Below, one piece after another: positions 39,231 to 49,889 of a DNA stretch of 64,000 bases. Numbering within the stretch: position 1 is the stretch's first letter; each line of letters starts with the position of its first letter. The stretch covers positions 6,869 through 70,868 of the forward strand of contig JAAVFL010000035.1 of NCBI GenBank assembly GCA_014800795.1, written 5' to 3'. The notes under the pieces are model-generated. The model was not told the origin of the DNA and did not search any database. It saw nothing but the letters and a program-made list of their open reading frames with translations. Origin of the DNA: Bacteroidales bacterium. GTDB lineage: Bacteria; Bacteroidota; Bacteroidia; Bacteroidales; Muribaculaceae. Both the position numbers and the translations under genes were made by a program.

Positions 39231-42200
39231 CGTTTGCAGCGGTTTGGGTGTTTTGTGTTACCTGTGTGGGTATTATTGCTTCAGAGGGGTCGGGTGCCGA
39301 TGGTGTCACCGGAACCTTGGGCTTCTTTTTCTTCGGTGTCAGGAACCTGAATATTTCGCCTATACGCCTGATTTTCTTCTTGTAAACGAAGCCGACACCG
39401 GTCTGGGTGATTTCACCTTCGAGTATGCTTTCATATCCGGTATGGCGGAACAGGCGCACATATTTTGTTCCGGCTCTGTTGAGAAGGTATTCGAACGAAA
39501 TATCGGAAATGAGGTTTTGAGCGAAGTTTTCGTCTGCCTCGGCATCGGTAGCGTAGTTACCTCCTACCACGATTTTGAACCGGTCGTTGAACAGCGATTT
39601 GCTCACCTGATAGCTGTAGTTCATCGCTGTGGTGTTGGCTCCGTCGACCGTCTTATCGTATTGGTTTATACCGAAAGATATGTCCACACCTTTGATCGCT
39701 GATGAGGCCCAGTTGTTAAGTTGTGATTCGAGGAAGCCGAACAGGGCATTTGTACCGATGTTTCCGCTTGAAATGGTCTGTGTAGTTCCGCTGCGGTATA
39801 TACCGGATATAAGCAGGTTCATGGCCTGATTGGCACGTTGTTCGGCCGACATGCTCTTGAGTTCGTTGGCGATTGTGATATCATCGGGACAACTGAGGTC
39901 GAATGCCACGTTCATGTTTTCAAGTGTTCCGGTAACTCCGAGCCCGACGTCGAAGTTCACAACACGGTTGTTGTTGTTTACCGATACGTTGGCTCGCATG
40001 TTGTCTACGGCATGCACGTTCAGAATGGGATTCATCATATTGCCGTTGAACGATACATAGCTGTCTTCCTGGAAATTGAATTGTTTTTCACCGATTACGG
40101 GGAGTGAGTAGCGGATGAGGCCGGCCGGTATATTGAGGCGTCCGGTGAACCGCTGGTCGTTCATGAAATCCTGCGTATATGATAGTGTGCCGTTTGATTG
40201 CAGTTGAACTTTGTCATTGCCATCGGCCGAGAGTTCCACGGTGATGGTTGTTCCGGTCGATACGGTAAGTTGAGCATCGATGTTCATGAGTATACCCTGG
40301 CGTGCAATGGTGTCAGCTTCTGCCACATCGGTTGAGTCGTTGAAGTTTACGAAACGCACCATATCCTGTGAGCTGCGCGAGGTAATGGCATTTACTGCGT
40401 CGGGGAGTACGTAGGTTACATTCGTCCCGGATAGGATGTTCAGGTCAGCATCAATGCTGAGGAAGTTGAGATTGCCCTTGACGCCGGCATCGAGATTTAT
40501 GAAAGCTCTGCCGTATGCCTGACTTTTACGACTTTTCTGAGAGCCGACTACCTGCATGTTGCGGGCTGTCATCGAGAGGTCTATGCGCGGGGAAGAAAGG
40601 TTTGTCATATCCACACCCCCGTTGATAGTCAATGGATTAGAATTAGCTCCATATATAGAGAAGTCTTTGAGTGTCACCACATTGTTTTCCATGGGGATAC
40701 GTACTTCTGAGAACCGGAAGGGGGTACCGAGCATGGTTACATCGAGCGTTGTTGAGTCGAATTCGACATATCCGTTGAATTCCGGTGCGGTCATCGATCC
40801 TGTTATATCCATCACACCGTTGAGTGATCCTGAAAGCGATGCGGTTCCTGACGGGAGGAATGGATTGACAACGCTCAGAGGGAAATGGATCATGCGGAAA
40901 TCAAGCATGAACGGGTTCTGTGCGGTGGAATCGTTGAGATTACCGACTGCCGTGATGGATTTCACTCCGTTGACGGTCATGGTGGTGGCGGCACGGACGG
41001 TGCCTGCGGCATTGGTACTCAGATCTATGTCAAGACCGAAATCGCCTACCTTCTCACGGTCGTAATAGAAGTTTGTGAGGGCTATGGTACCGCTGCCGTT
41101 TATGTCCGGCAGATGCATATTGACCTTCATATTGGCTGAAAGATCGCCTGTCATCGGAGGAGCGAACGGATTGAGTGCGATCCAGTCGGCAAGTTTGATA
41201 TCCGAGATCTGCAGATTGATCTCTTCCTGAATGCTGTCGTTCTCATTTTCATGTGAATGTTCTGTGAAAAGTTTCAGCGAGCTTTCGTTATTATGGAGAT
41301 ATAGATTCGCATCGAGATGTTTTGTCTCGAGGTTGAATTCTATAAAGTTATCTTTGTTGACCTCCCAGTCTTTGTAACCGATAATCGGGTGATAGGGAAC
41401 TATGCGAAGTGTTATGTTGTTCGTGTCGGGCATCTGTGCCATCATACCGATGCTGTAGCCTGTTTCCCCCTTGATGTTTTGCTGGCGCAGGAGCATCGAC
41501 AGATTTGAGGCGCTGACATAGCCTCGGGCTGTGACATCGGCGAATTGGTCGAATGTTCCCGGGCGGTTGTTCATCCGGGCGTCGTACAGCATATAAGCGC
41601 CTCGTTGCAGCAGATTGAGGGTGATGGTATCCACCCGGGTGTCGCCGCTTTTGATGCGTGTCATGCGTGCGTCGGCATGGAGTATAGTGTCGTTGGCAGC
41701 CGATAATGATATATCGCCCACTGTCATTTTCTGTGCGGAAAGGAAGTTGGAGAGTATGTTTGTTCCATTCCCGGCATGCATATGTAAATTGAATTGCGGG
41801 AGTGCCTGCTGCATTGAGTCAATCGCGAAGCGGCGGCGGGCTATATCGCGGTCAAGACGTTCGGTTGCGGTGGTAATATGCGATAATATGGTGTCGAGTG
41901 GCGCAGGCGAACTTAAATCAACGGCCAGATCACCGTTGCGTAATGTTGCGTCGGTTAGCGAATCGTCTGTGTTGAATGTCAGATTAATATTTCTGCCCGA
42001 TATGGTCTGCTCCGGCATGGTCCATGTCAGTGAGGTAATGTCGATGGCCGAGTGTACGGTCATCGGTTTGCCAGGGATTCGCCGTGTAGCTGCAACCGGA
42101 GGTATGTATGAAGCTGTACCGCTGAGGGCTATAGATCCTTCGGCAGTGGTGTCGGAGAGTGCCATGGCCCGGAGGTCGATGCGACGCACGTCGCCGTTGA

Positions 42201-44178
42201 AAGTCCAGTCGAGCTGTTCTCCGGCGAGGTTGCCGGATGCATCTAATTCAAAGTTTACAGCAGGGTTCGCTGACTTTGCATTCACTCGTGCATTCCCCTG
42301 AGCCACACTTGCGTCGAGTGTGATGTTTTTATACGTTTTACCGTTGTATGCTACCGAGCTGAGATCGATAAGCGCATCGGCGTGGGTCTTTTCTGAAAAG
42401 AAGTCCAGACCTTCGCCACGGGCAGAGATTGCGGCAGTAAGGTTGCCCACGCCGGATGTAGGCAGGATGGCATGCACGGGGAAGTTGTTGAAGGCCGCTT
42501 CAATATCGTAGCCTTCAGCACGATTGTTCCACATTGCATCGAGGGCTATATCGCCACCTTCCGTATATGCGCGGATATCGCCTTCGATTACACCTTTTGC
42601 AATCGTTGCTTTCCCACTGAGCTTGATGGCGGGTATGTTTACGGTACGGCGCATTTTTGCATCGAAAAGCGAAGTTTTAATAAAATTGCCGTCATAGATA
42701 TTTCCTGATATGTCGAGTTTACCGCGTGTTTTATTCAAGTCGGTATAGTCGGCGATATCACCTTCGGCCGATACCGCGATATGCCGGGGTATTTCCGCGC
42801 TGAGGCGCTTTATGGAAAGGTCGTTCATCGTTCCATCGATATCGGCCTTGGCCATAAGCGGTTGGAAGGGCAATCCTGCCACGAGGGGTTGCATGGCTGC
42901 CGGGGTTAGCCTGCGGATATCGTCAGCACCGATCTCTGCATCCAGTTTAAGTCTGACAGGAGCATTCTCCGGTTCCATACCCATAGCTGCATTGAGCATG
43001 ATCGCAGTGGTTGCGGTAGTGAGGATCATGTTGTCGGCATGCATGACTGTGGAATCCATTGAGAATAATCCTGAAAGGAAGAATGAGATTCCGCAATTTT
43101 CGCGTGCCGAGATCTTACGTATCGGCACACGGATATCTGTTCCGTGATTAATGAACGAATCAACTATTATATTGATTTCTGATGCTTCGATAAACGATGG
43201 GTCGAAATATTTCGAAGGGACAGCACCGTCGGTTGCGTAGATGGCATGGGAATCGTTTACCGCAAGCCTGCGGGCGACTATTGTCCAGGGCATGGTCTGC
43301 ACGGTATCGTTGGCTGCCGCTTCCGGAGCGGGATGGTCGGCGAGGTATTCAGCGTTGGGGGTGATGTATGTGGCGTCGACACGATTGATGGTGAGGGTGC
43401 CTACGTTAAGTTTGCTTGTGGCAAGATCAATTTCACCTTCGGTAAGTATCGCTTCGGGTAGATCGCAGTCGAGTGCCATGATCGTGGGATCATACTCCAT
43501 GTGGTAGTTGATGCTGTCGAGTTCGGCGCGTGTGAGCGATATTTTCCAGTCAATCGGTTCGGACTGGGTGACGGGTGCCGGAACTGTATCGGTCGAGAGG
43601 ATCATGTTTATCAATCCTCCGGATGCCTTGAGGTTGCCTATGTTTACTTGCGACGACAAGAGTTTTACGGATGTCCGGTCGATTGACGCGCTGTTCAGTC
43701 GGGCGCGCATGTATAGTGTTGAGTCTGGACCGCCGATGTTTACAACTGCATCGTTTAACGTGACAACCGGCAGGCTTAGCTCTCCTGTGAGAGCCGGAAG
43801 CACTTCCAATCGTGTATGGAATCGCGCGGCAGATATTTCCATTCCCGGAGTATGCATCTCCATACTGTCTACAGTAAGGCGGACCGGAAAGGACAGACGG
43901 AATTTTTTCACATTCAATTGCATATCGCCTTTCGAGTTGAGCGTATGCAACACTTTGTTCACGGCAAAATCCTGTACCGGCGGTATATAGAGGAGAACCA
44001 CAAGCAGCACTATCAGGGTTAATATCCCAAGTACTACCCACTTAACACTTCTAAAGCAGTATGTGATGAATTTTTTCACTTTTCTGTTCGGGAAAATGTG
44101 AGACTTGTTACAGCCGGCATGGACTGTGATGAATTTCCGGAGAGGTGCGGGATTTACCCTATCTGTATTTTTTAACAA
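39214..44178 (-). CDS. tamB: Translocation and assembly module protein TamB (1654 aa).
   Basis: N-terminal TM anchor, a very long beta-rich body and a DUF490-like C-terminus. It is paired with the Omp85 gene. Confidence 0.8.
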   Translation of the reverse strand: MLKNTDRVNPAPLRKFITVHAGCNKSHIFPNRKVKKFITYCFRSVKWVVLGILTLIVLLVVLLYIPPVQDFAVNKVLHTLNSKGDMQLNVKKFRLSFPVRLTVDSMEMHTPGMEISAARFHTRLEVLPALTGELSLPVVTLNDAVVNIGGPDSTLYMRARLNSASIDRTSVKLLSSQVNIGNLKASGGLINMILSTDTVPAPVTQSEPIDWKISLTRAELDSINYHMEYDPTIMALDCDLPEAILTEGEIDLATSKLNVGTLTINRVDATYITPNAEYLADHPAPEAAANDTVQTMPWTIVARRLAVNDSHAIYATDGAVPSKYFDPSFIEASEINIIVDSFINHGTDIRVPIRKISARENCGISFFLSGLFSMDSTVMHADNMILTTATTAIMLNAAMGMEPENAPVRLKLDAEIGADDIRRLTPAAMQPLVAGLPFQPLMAKADIDGTMNDLSIKRLSAEIPRHIAVSAEGDIADYTDLNKTRGKLDISGNIYDGNFIKTSLFDAKMRRTVNIPAIKLSGKATIAKGVIEGDIRAYTEGGDIALDAMWNNRAEGYDIEAAFNNFPVHAILPTSGVGNLTAAISARGEGLDFFSEKTHADALIDLSSVAYNGKTYKNITLDASVAQGNARVNAKSANPAVNFELDASGNLAGEQLDWTFNGDVRRIDLRAMALSDTTAEGSIALSGTASYIPPVAATRRIPGKPMTVHSAIDITSLTWTMPEQTISGRNINLTFNTDDSLTDATLRNGDLAVDLSSPAPLDTILSHITTATERLDRDIARRRFAIDSMQQALPQFNLHMHAGNGTNILSNFLSAQKMTVGDISLSAANDTILHADARMTRIKSGDTRVDTITLNLLQRGAYMLYDARMNNRPGTFDQFADVTARGYVSASNLSMLLRQQNIKGETGYSIGMMAQMPDTNNITLRIVPYHPIIGYKDWEVNKDNFIEFNLETKHLDANLYLHNNESSLKLFTEHSHENENDSIQEEINLQISDIKLADWIALNPFAPPMTGDLSANMKVNMHLPDINGSGTIALTNFYYDREKVGDFGLDIDLSTNAAGTVRAATTMTVNGVKSITAVGNLNDSTAQNPFMLDFRMIHFPLSVVNPFLPSGTASLSGSLNGVMDITGSMTAPEFNGYVEFDSTTLDVTMLGTPFRFSEVRIPMENNVVTLKDFSIYGANSNPLTINGGVDMTNLSSPRIDLSMTARNMQVVGSQKSRKSQAYGRAFINLDAGVKGNLNFLSIDADLNILSGTNVTYVLPDAVNAITSRSSQDMVRFVNFNDSTDVAEADTIARQGILMNIDAQLTVSTGTTITVELSADGNDKVQLQSNGTLSYTQDFMNDQRFTGRLNIPAGLIRYSLPVIGEKQFNFQEDSYVSFNGNMMNPILNVHAVDNMRANVSVNNNNRVVNFDVGLGVTGTLENMNVAFDLSCPDDITIANELKSMSAEQRANQAMNLLISGIYRSGTTQTISSGNIGTNALFGFLESQLNNWASSAIKGVDISFGINQYDKTVDGANTTAMNYSYQVSKSLFNDRFKIVVGGNYATDAEADENFAQNLISDISFEYLLNRAGTKYVRLFRHTGYESILEGEITQTGVGFVYKKKIRRIGEIFRFLTPKKKKPKVPVTPSAPDPSEAIIPTQVTQNTQTAANDEQKH

Positions 44179-44243
44179 TTAAGCACGCGGAATGTTGAAG
44201 TCCGAGTGCTTAATGTTAAAATAAATTTATTACCGGATAGTTA

Positions 44244-45242
44244 TTATCCACGTAATATATGATGGATTGAAATGCGGGCATCGCGTATCATTTCTTTTAT
44301 CGGTGTGACTATTGGGCGGAAATTATCGCGGTCATGGGGGGTGAAAATCGGAAGTGAGCCGCGATGACATTTGACATCGAGGATTCCGTCGAGCATCATC
44401 GGTTCACCGTCTACATGCGCTTCTCCCTCTCCCGAGCGATATATTACGGCGGCTGGAGCGCGGAAACAGTGAACCATGGTGTTCTTGTTGATGAATCCGG
44501 TGAAGATATCCATTCCCATCACAGCTGCGTCTATCGGTGATCCGGAGTGAACGATGGTTATATCAAGCAGACCATCGGTGATGGATGCTTCCGGGGCGAT
44601 GTATGCGTTGTTACCCCATTGTGAGGCATTGCATACAGCTACAAGAAATGCCTTTTCTGTAAGTATTTTGCCGTTTGCGCTGATGGTATAGGTCTGCGGA
44701 CGGAATTGAACGTACTCCGATAAGGCCGACCGGACGTATGAGAGTAGGCCGCGATGGCTCTGGCGTGCGAAACGATGGCTTACGGCGGCATCAAATCCCA
44801 TGCCGAACGTACAGAAGAAGGGGATTCCGTTGACTGTTCCGTAGTCGGATGGCACGATATTGTTCTGTTCCACTATCTGTAGGGCAAATTCAATATCGAC
44901 CGGTATTCCGAGGTGGCGTGCAAGTCCGTTACCCGATCCTGCCGGGAGTATACCCAGAGCGGTGGAAGACCCGCACAGGGCTGTGGCGGTTTCATTTACA
45001 GTTCCGTCTCCTCCGCATGCGAGTACTCCTGCATATCCTTCGCGTGCGGCCTCTGTCGCAAAAGCTGTAGCGTCGCCTCTCCCGCCTGTAAAACGTACAT
45101 CCATGCGGTAGCCGGCTGCTGTGAGACGCGTTTCCACCATCTCAGCCACCCCCTTTTTGCTTCCTGTTCCGGAAATTGGGTTGATGATGAGCATCATGCG
45201 CTGTGGCGCTTCTCTACGTACCGTATGATCGGTCTGGTGCAT
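44244..45242 (-). CDS. Diacylglycerol/lipid kinase family protein (YegS/BmrU-like).
   Basis: MMLIINPISGTG and GGDGTVNE motifs. Confidence 0.85.
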   Translation of the reverse strand: MHQTDHTVRREAPQRMMLIINPISGTGSKKGVAEMVETRLTAAGYRMDVRFTGGRGDATAFATEAAREGYAGVLACGGDGTVNETATALCGSSTALGILPAGSGNGLARHLGIPVDIEFALQIVEQNNIVPSDYGTVNGIPFFCTFGMGFDAAVSHRFARQSHRGLLSYVRSALSEYVQFRPQTYTISANGKILTEKAFLVAVCNASQWGNNAYIAPEASITDGLLDITIVHSGSPIDAAVMGMDIFTGFINKNTMVHCFRAPAAVIYRSGEGEAHVDGEPMMLDGILDVKCHRGSLPIFTPHDRDNFRPIVTPIKEMIRDARISIHHILRG

Positions 45243-45303
45243 CTTTGATTGATAGTCGGTTGATGTTTACTCTGTGATGGAGGGAGGCTGTTGGCTATAA
45301 GTT

Positions 45304-47079
45304 TCAGTCGCGCACGAGAATTCTCAGGGGGGTATGCTGCATATCCGTGACTATCAGATATATACCATCCGGAAGCAGAATCTCTGTGCCGTTGTCGACC
45401 TGATCGATCATGCGGAGCAGGCGTCCGGAGGTATCGTAGATGCGGCAACCGGTGTGAATGCGTGTGCATACCAGGCGTACACCCCCTTCTGTCGGTATCC
45501 AGCCGAGCTGACTGTCGCCATCTTCATCGGGTGTGCCGAGGGAGGCGAGGTCGACGGTGACTGTATTCGAGTAGTCCGAGTAATATCCGAGACGACATGA
45601 GCGCACGCTGTAAGTTTCGCGGCTGCCGGGATCGGCATCTTCAATACGGAGCGAATTGGTTTCGGCTAATATTTCAGAAACTTCGGCTTTACCGGAGATG
45701 AATGTGGTGCGTGTGACAACGTAGTAGTCCACCACATCCTGTTCGGGAATTTCCCAGTTGGCGGTGTAAGCTCCCGATTCTATGTCGGTAGGGGGAAGGG
45801 CCTTGAACGTGTGAAGCTCAGGCACGGGAAGAGATTCGCCTGTGAGGGCTATTCCGCGGGTACCTACCAGGCCTCCGTCAGATATCACGAGGCGAGCCTG
45901 ATGTGAGCCGATTTCTGTAGGCATATATTTTACTTTTAGCCAGAATCCGCTTTCGGAGTTTACGGCCGAGGCACTGATCGAGGTGGCATCCGGTTGGAAA
46001 AATTTACGGTCGTCGTTGGGGTAATCGCGTGGTTTGGTGATAGTTATTGTAAGGTTTCCTGTGAGATTCTCGCCTTTGAAGAAGAGGCTTGCCGTATTGG
46101 TGCTTCCCACGGCGGTCTCGCCGAATTCAAGAGCCATATCCTGTACGGGAGTGGTAAGTTCCGGATCACCTGTAGGCTCTGAAATACCGGGAACCCACAC
46201 CTGCCCCTTTTTGTCACCCCAGAGATATTCTGCCAGGTCGGGGTAGTCGATGAATGGATTACGGTTGTTCTGTATCGTGAACACTGTTTCATTTCGGTCC
46301 AGCTCCTTCTGGCTCACGGGGTCTTCACGATGCCATTTCATAAGCAGCTGCATCGACCATTCGTTGAGCGTCGGGTAGAGGTTATTGTTGACCATGTAGG
46401 TATATTTCCATGTAAGGTTCTGATAGCATGTCACTACATAGAAATATGTCCGGGCGAAGTCACCTTTATATTCATCGTCCGGTTCGAACACGAGTTTGGC
46501 TCCGCCACCCTGGCCGGAGAGCGGGGTTCCCACACGGGTAATACCGTTATCGAATTTCAGTCCGGTGCTTTGCGTTTCTCCCAGCGGATAGTTGCTCTTT
46601 GCCATATTGGCGGCCGATTCCGATGGATACAGGTGGAACAGGTCGATGTAGGCAGGTGTGGCATCTGATCCTCCCCACCACGATTTCGGAAATGAGTGTT
46701 CGCGGTTCATTCCGCTGAAGGACGGCACATACAGCGGGATATTGCCGTACATATCCCACCACTCGCCGTAGCGCTCGTTCTCCGGAGGATATACGTCGGT
46801 TCGCTGAAAATACTGGGGGAGATTCCAGTATGATGATATTTCAGTATGGTTGTAGATTATGTTATGAAGTGACGTTTTAAGCGCTTCTCCCTGTTTGCCC
46901 GAGGCCGAGCGGTAGTAATTGGCTGGTATTGACGCTGTGGCTGCCATTCCGGTCAGGAATGCTACTAAGGCAATGACCCATCCTTTACTGGTTGAGTGGA
47001 TCGCTTGTTCGGCAGGTGCATTTATTCTCATAACAATAGTCTGTATATTAATTCTACAAGTAGTGATCGGTATATACAT
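45304..47079 (-). CDS. Secreted endonuclease I family nuclease with a T9SS C-terminal sorting domain.
   Basis: NREHSFPKSWWGG motif (Endonuclease_1), Fn3-like middle domains and a C-terminal ...GIYLIVTDMQHTPLRILVRD tail. The true start is probably an internal Met (MRINAP...). Confidence 0.75.
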   Translation of the reverse strand: MYIPITTCRINIQTIVMRINAPAEQAIHSTSKGWVIALVAFLTGMAATASIPANYYRSASGKQGEALKTSLHNIIYNHTEISSYWNLPQYFQRTDVYPPENERYGEWWDMYGNIPLYVPSFSGMNREHSFPKSWWGGSDATPAYIDLFHLYPSESAANMAKSNYPLGETQSTGLKFDNGITRVGTPLSGQGGGAKLVFEPDDEYKGDFARTYFYVVTCYQNLTWKYTYMVNNNLYPTLNEWSMQLLMKWHREDPVSQKELDRNETVFTIQNNRNPFIDYPDLAEYLWGDKKGQVWVPGISEPTGDPELTTPVQDMALEFGETAVGSTNTASLFFKGENLTGNLTITITKPRDYPNDDRKFFQPDATSISASAVNSESGFWLKVKYMPTEIGSHQARLVISDGGLVGTRGIALTGESLPVPELHTFKALPPTDIESGAYTANWEIPEQDVVDYYVVTRTTFISGKAEVSEILAETNSLRIEDADPGSRETYSVRSCRLGYYSDYSNTVTVDLASLGTPDEDGDSQLGWIPTEGGVRLVCTRIHTGCRIYDTSGRLLRMIDQVDNGTEILLPDGIYLIVTDMQHTPLRILVRD

Positions 47080-47129
47080 AATTGTGCCGGAAATTAAGTA
47101 TATACGCGGGATGGCGGAGAGAGGAGGTG

Positions 47130-48293
47130 TCAGGATTCTCCCTGAATATATTTCATTGCATGTTCTATGATTCGCTGCGGCGAGATGCCTCTGAGGCAGT
47201 GATAGTCATCGCGGAAACAAGGTTTGTTGCCGAACACCGAGCATGGACGGCATGTCATGGGCAGCTGCACGATATCATCCTCTTTCTGGCGCCACCCTTT
47301 GAAGCCGCAGTAGGGATGGGTGGCTCCCCATATGCTGACAACCGGGGTGTTGACAAGCGATGCCAGGTGCATATTGGCGGAATCCATCGTTATCATCACA
47401 TCGAGATGGCTTACAAGGGCCAGTTCGGCGGGGAATCCGTAGCGTTTGCCAGCCAGTGATATGGTGTCGGGATAGCGCTGTGCCCAGGTTGTGAGTGTGG
47501 GTTCTTCCGCAGGCCCGCCTCCAAAAAGGAATATCTTTACATATCCAGTCTGCGACAGGTGGCTGACCACCTGTTCCATCATTGCAGGAGGATATATTTT
47601 GCCGGTATGTTTGGCGAATGGAGCTATTCCAACCCATGCCTTACCGTCGGATTTCGGTGCGGATATGGAGGCGAAGAGTTCAGGATTTCCTTTTGCGTTT
47701 TCGCCGAACAGCCCTTCGAACCGGTTTTCCACCGGTAGCCCGATACGGTGGAAGGTCTGCCGGTAGCGGGCGCGGGTAGAGGTCAGCGGGAGCAGCACTT
47801 TGTTCTGACGCCTGGTGAGGGCATTTTTCCCTTTACGTCCCTTGTTTATGGTAGCTACCGGAATTCCGTGAAAGCGGCATATGAGCGATAATATCTTTGT
47901 CCGCAGAACATCATGCAGGTCAATGAATGCCTCGAAGTGATATTTATTCCTCAGCTCACGGAACAGACGGTATAGCCCGGTGATATTGTTGTATTTTTTG
48001 AGATCAATCCCGACAACGTTCAGGTTCTCAGGCGGATTAAGGAATATAGCGCTCATCGACGAGCGGGTCACCATGGTGAAGGTTATGTCGGGGTAACAGT
48101 AGCACACGCTGTAGACTACCGGGATTGTCATTGCGACATCGCCGAGTGCCGAGAAACGGGCGATAAGAACGCTGCGCAATCTTCGTGGATTGGCATCGCC
48201 GGCGCGTAAGGGCTCCTGCTTGGTGGTAGATTGGGTGGTCTGTTGCATGTCGGGAGATATTTCCGGTGTTGGCAGCGGTAGCGCTGGTGTCAC
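47130..48293 (-). CDS. Glycosyltransferase family 9 (heptosyltransferase-like).
   Basis: GT9-like layout (…RFSALGDVAMTIPV…; C-terminal …CRPCS…). Overlaps the DUF4254 gene by 4 nt. Confidence 0.75.
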   Translation of the reverse strand: MTPALPLPTPEISPDMQQTTQSTTKQEPLRAGDANPRRLRSVLIARFSALGDVAMTIPVVYSVCYCYPDITFTMVTRSSMSAIFLNPPENLNVVGIDLKKYNNITGLYRLFRELRNKYHFEAFIDLHDVLRTKILSLICRFHGIPVATINKGRKGKNALTRRQNKVLLPLTSTRARYRQTFHRIGLPVENRFEGLFGENAKGNPELFASISAPKSDGKAWVGIAPFAKHTGKIYPPAMMEQVVSHLSQTGYVKIFLFGGGPAEEPTLTTWAQRYPDTISLAGKRYGFPAELALVSHLDVMITMDSANMHLASLVNTPVVSIWGATHPYCGFKGWRQKEDDIVQLPMTCRPCSVFGNKPCFRDDYHCLRGISPQRIIEHAMKYIQGES

Positions 48294-48898
48294 TTTTTCT
48301 TAGCGTACAGCACCGGATTGGTGTCCGCGTCGTTATACATCTTCATCTGGCGGTAAACTTTCATGTATTTTCTTCCGGCGGCGATATCGTCGAGAAGGGT
48401 GTCGATGGCCTGCGAAAGGTCGGCGCGCTGCTCGAGCAGTACATCAAGTTTGGCAGCGCAACGCGCGCGGTGGGCTTCGGAGGCGTCGGCCCGCTCGGCT
48501 TCGGCCCGCATGTGATAAATCTTCACCGCCAGAATCGATAGGCGGTCGATAGCCCAAGCGGGGCTCTCGGTGTTGATGGTGGCGTCGGGCATCGGAGTGA
48601 CATCGGCATATTTGTCGCGGAACCATGTGTCTATCTCCTCAACCATGTCGGTACGGTCCTGATTGGATGCGTCGATTCGCCGTTTAAGCGCCACGGCATC
48701 CGCAGGCTCTATCTGTGGGTCACGGATAAGGTCTTCCATGTGCCATTGGGCTACATCGATCCAGTTTTTTCCGTATAGAATCTCCTCTACCGATCCTTCG
48801 GGGTAGGGGTGCGGACGCTGTGCGTCTATATTGTCGGTAACGTGGTAGTCGGCTGTGGCGCGGTCAAACACCTCGTTGCAAGTCTGTGCGAAACTCAT
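48290..48898 (-). CDS. DUF4254 domain protein.
   Basis: 202 aa. The usual partner of GT9 genes in Bacteroidota, and the sequence pattern is consistent. Confidence 0.6.
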   Translation of the reverse strand: MSFAQTCNEVFDRATADYHVTDNIDAQRPHPYPEGSVEEILYGKNWIDVAQWHMEDLIRDPQIEPADAVALKRRIDASNQDRTDMVEEIDTWFRDKYADVTPMPDATINTESPAWAIDRLSILAVKIYHMRAEAERADASEAHRARCAAKLDVLLEQRADLSQAIDTLLDDIAAGRKYMKVYRQMKMYNDADTNPVLYAKKK

Positions 48899-49070
48899 GG
48901 TGGTAGTTTTTTGATAACTATGAAAATAACCGGGTGTCTTACACGCAGCGGGAGTGGGTGTCTCTGCTACTGTAATACATCCGTACGCAAAGTTATATAA
49001 TAAAGATTAGATTCGCAAATTATGCTTGTAGCTGATGAGGATGCATAGGTAAGGACGGGGGGAGGGGGGA

Positions 49071-49877
49071 TCAGCGGGCGCGGAGTTGCCAGAAGGCTAC
49101 GGCGGAGGCGGCGGCTACGTTGAGTGAGTCTACGTTGTGGTACATGGGGATGCGCACCACATAGTCGGTGGATTCAATCACATCGGTTGCAAGGCCGTCA
49201 CCTTCGGTTCCCATAACTATGGCGAGGCGCGGTTCGGCATTTAGATCCGGGTCTGTGATTTCGACAGATCGGCGGGTTAGGGCCATGGCAGCTGTCTTGA
49301 AGCCGTAGGCCGATAGAGATGCGACGGGATCGGGGAGCCATGTCCATGGAATGAGGAAGACCGATCCCATCGATACGCGTACCGAGCGGCGGTTGAGGGG
49401 ATCGCAGGAGGTGGGGGTGAGAAGAACCGAGTCGATCCCCAACGCGGCTGCGGAGCGGAAGATTGCCCCTATGTTGGTAGTGTCGGTTACACTGTCTATC
49501 ACCACCACGCGGCGCGCTCCCGCGAGTACATCCGCAACAGCGGGGAGTTCCCTGCGCCGCATGGCGCAGAGAACTCCCCGTGTGAGGGTGTAGCCGGTCA
49601 TGCCGGCAAGAAGGTTACGGTGGCCTGTATAGACGGGTGTATCGGCTGGCAGGCGGTCGATTATCGAGGCTGCATCTCCTTCGATATGGCGCTCTTCGCA
49701 AAGCAACGATACAGGCTTCCATCCGGTATCGAGCGCTACATGTATAACCTTCGGGCTCTCGGCGATAAAAAGGCCGTTGGAAGGGTCGAGGCGGTTGCGC
49801 AGTTGCGCTTCGGTAAGACGGAGGTAGGGGGCGAGTTCGGGTGCGTCTGCCGAGCTTAATTCTATAATACGGGCCAT
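49071..49877 (-). CDS. TrmH/SpoU-family RNA methyltransferase.
   Basis: SpoU methylase C-terminal motifs (…IVMGTEGDGL…, …SLNVAAASAVAFW…). Confidence 0.8.
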   Translation of the reverse strand: MARIIELSSADAPELAPYLRLTEAQLRNRLDPSNGLFIAESPKVIHVALDTGWKPVSLLCEERHIEGDAASIIDRLPADTPVYTGHRNLLAGMTGYTLTRGVLCAMRRRELPAVADVLAGARRVVVIDSVTDTTNIGAIFRSAAALGIDSVLLTPTSCDPLNRRSVRVSMGSVFLIPWTWLPDPVASLSAYGFKTAAMALTRRSVEITDPDLNAEPRLAIVMGTEGDGLATDVIESTDYVVRIPMYHNVDSLNVAAASAVAFWQLRAR

Positions 49878-49889
49878 CGTCAGCAGTGA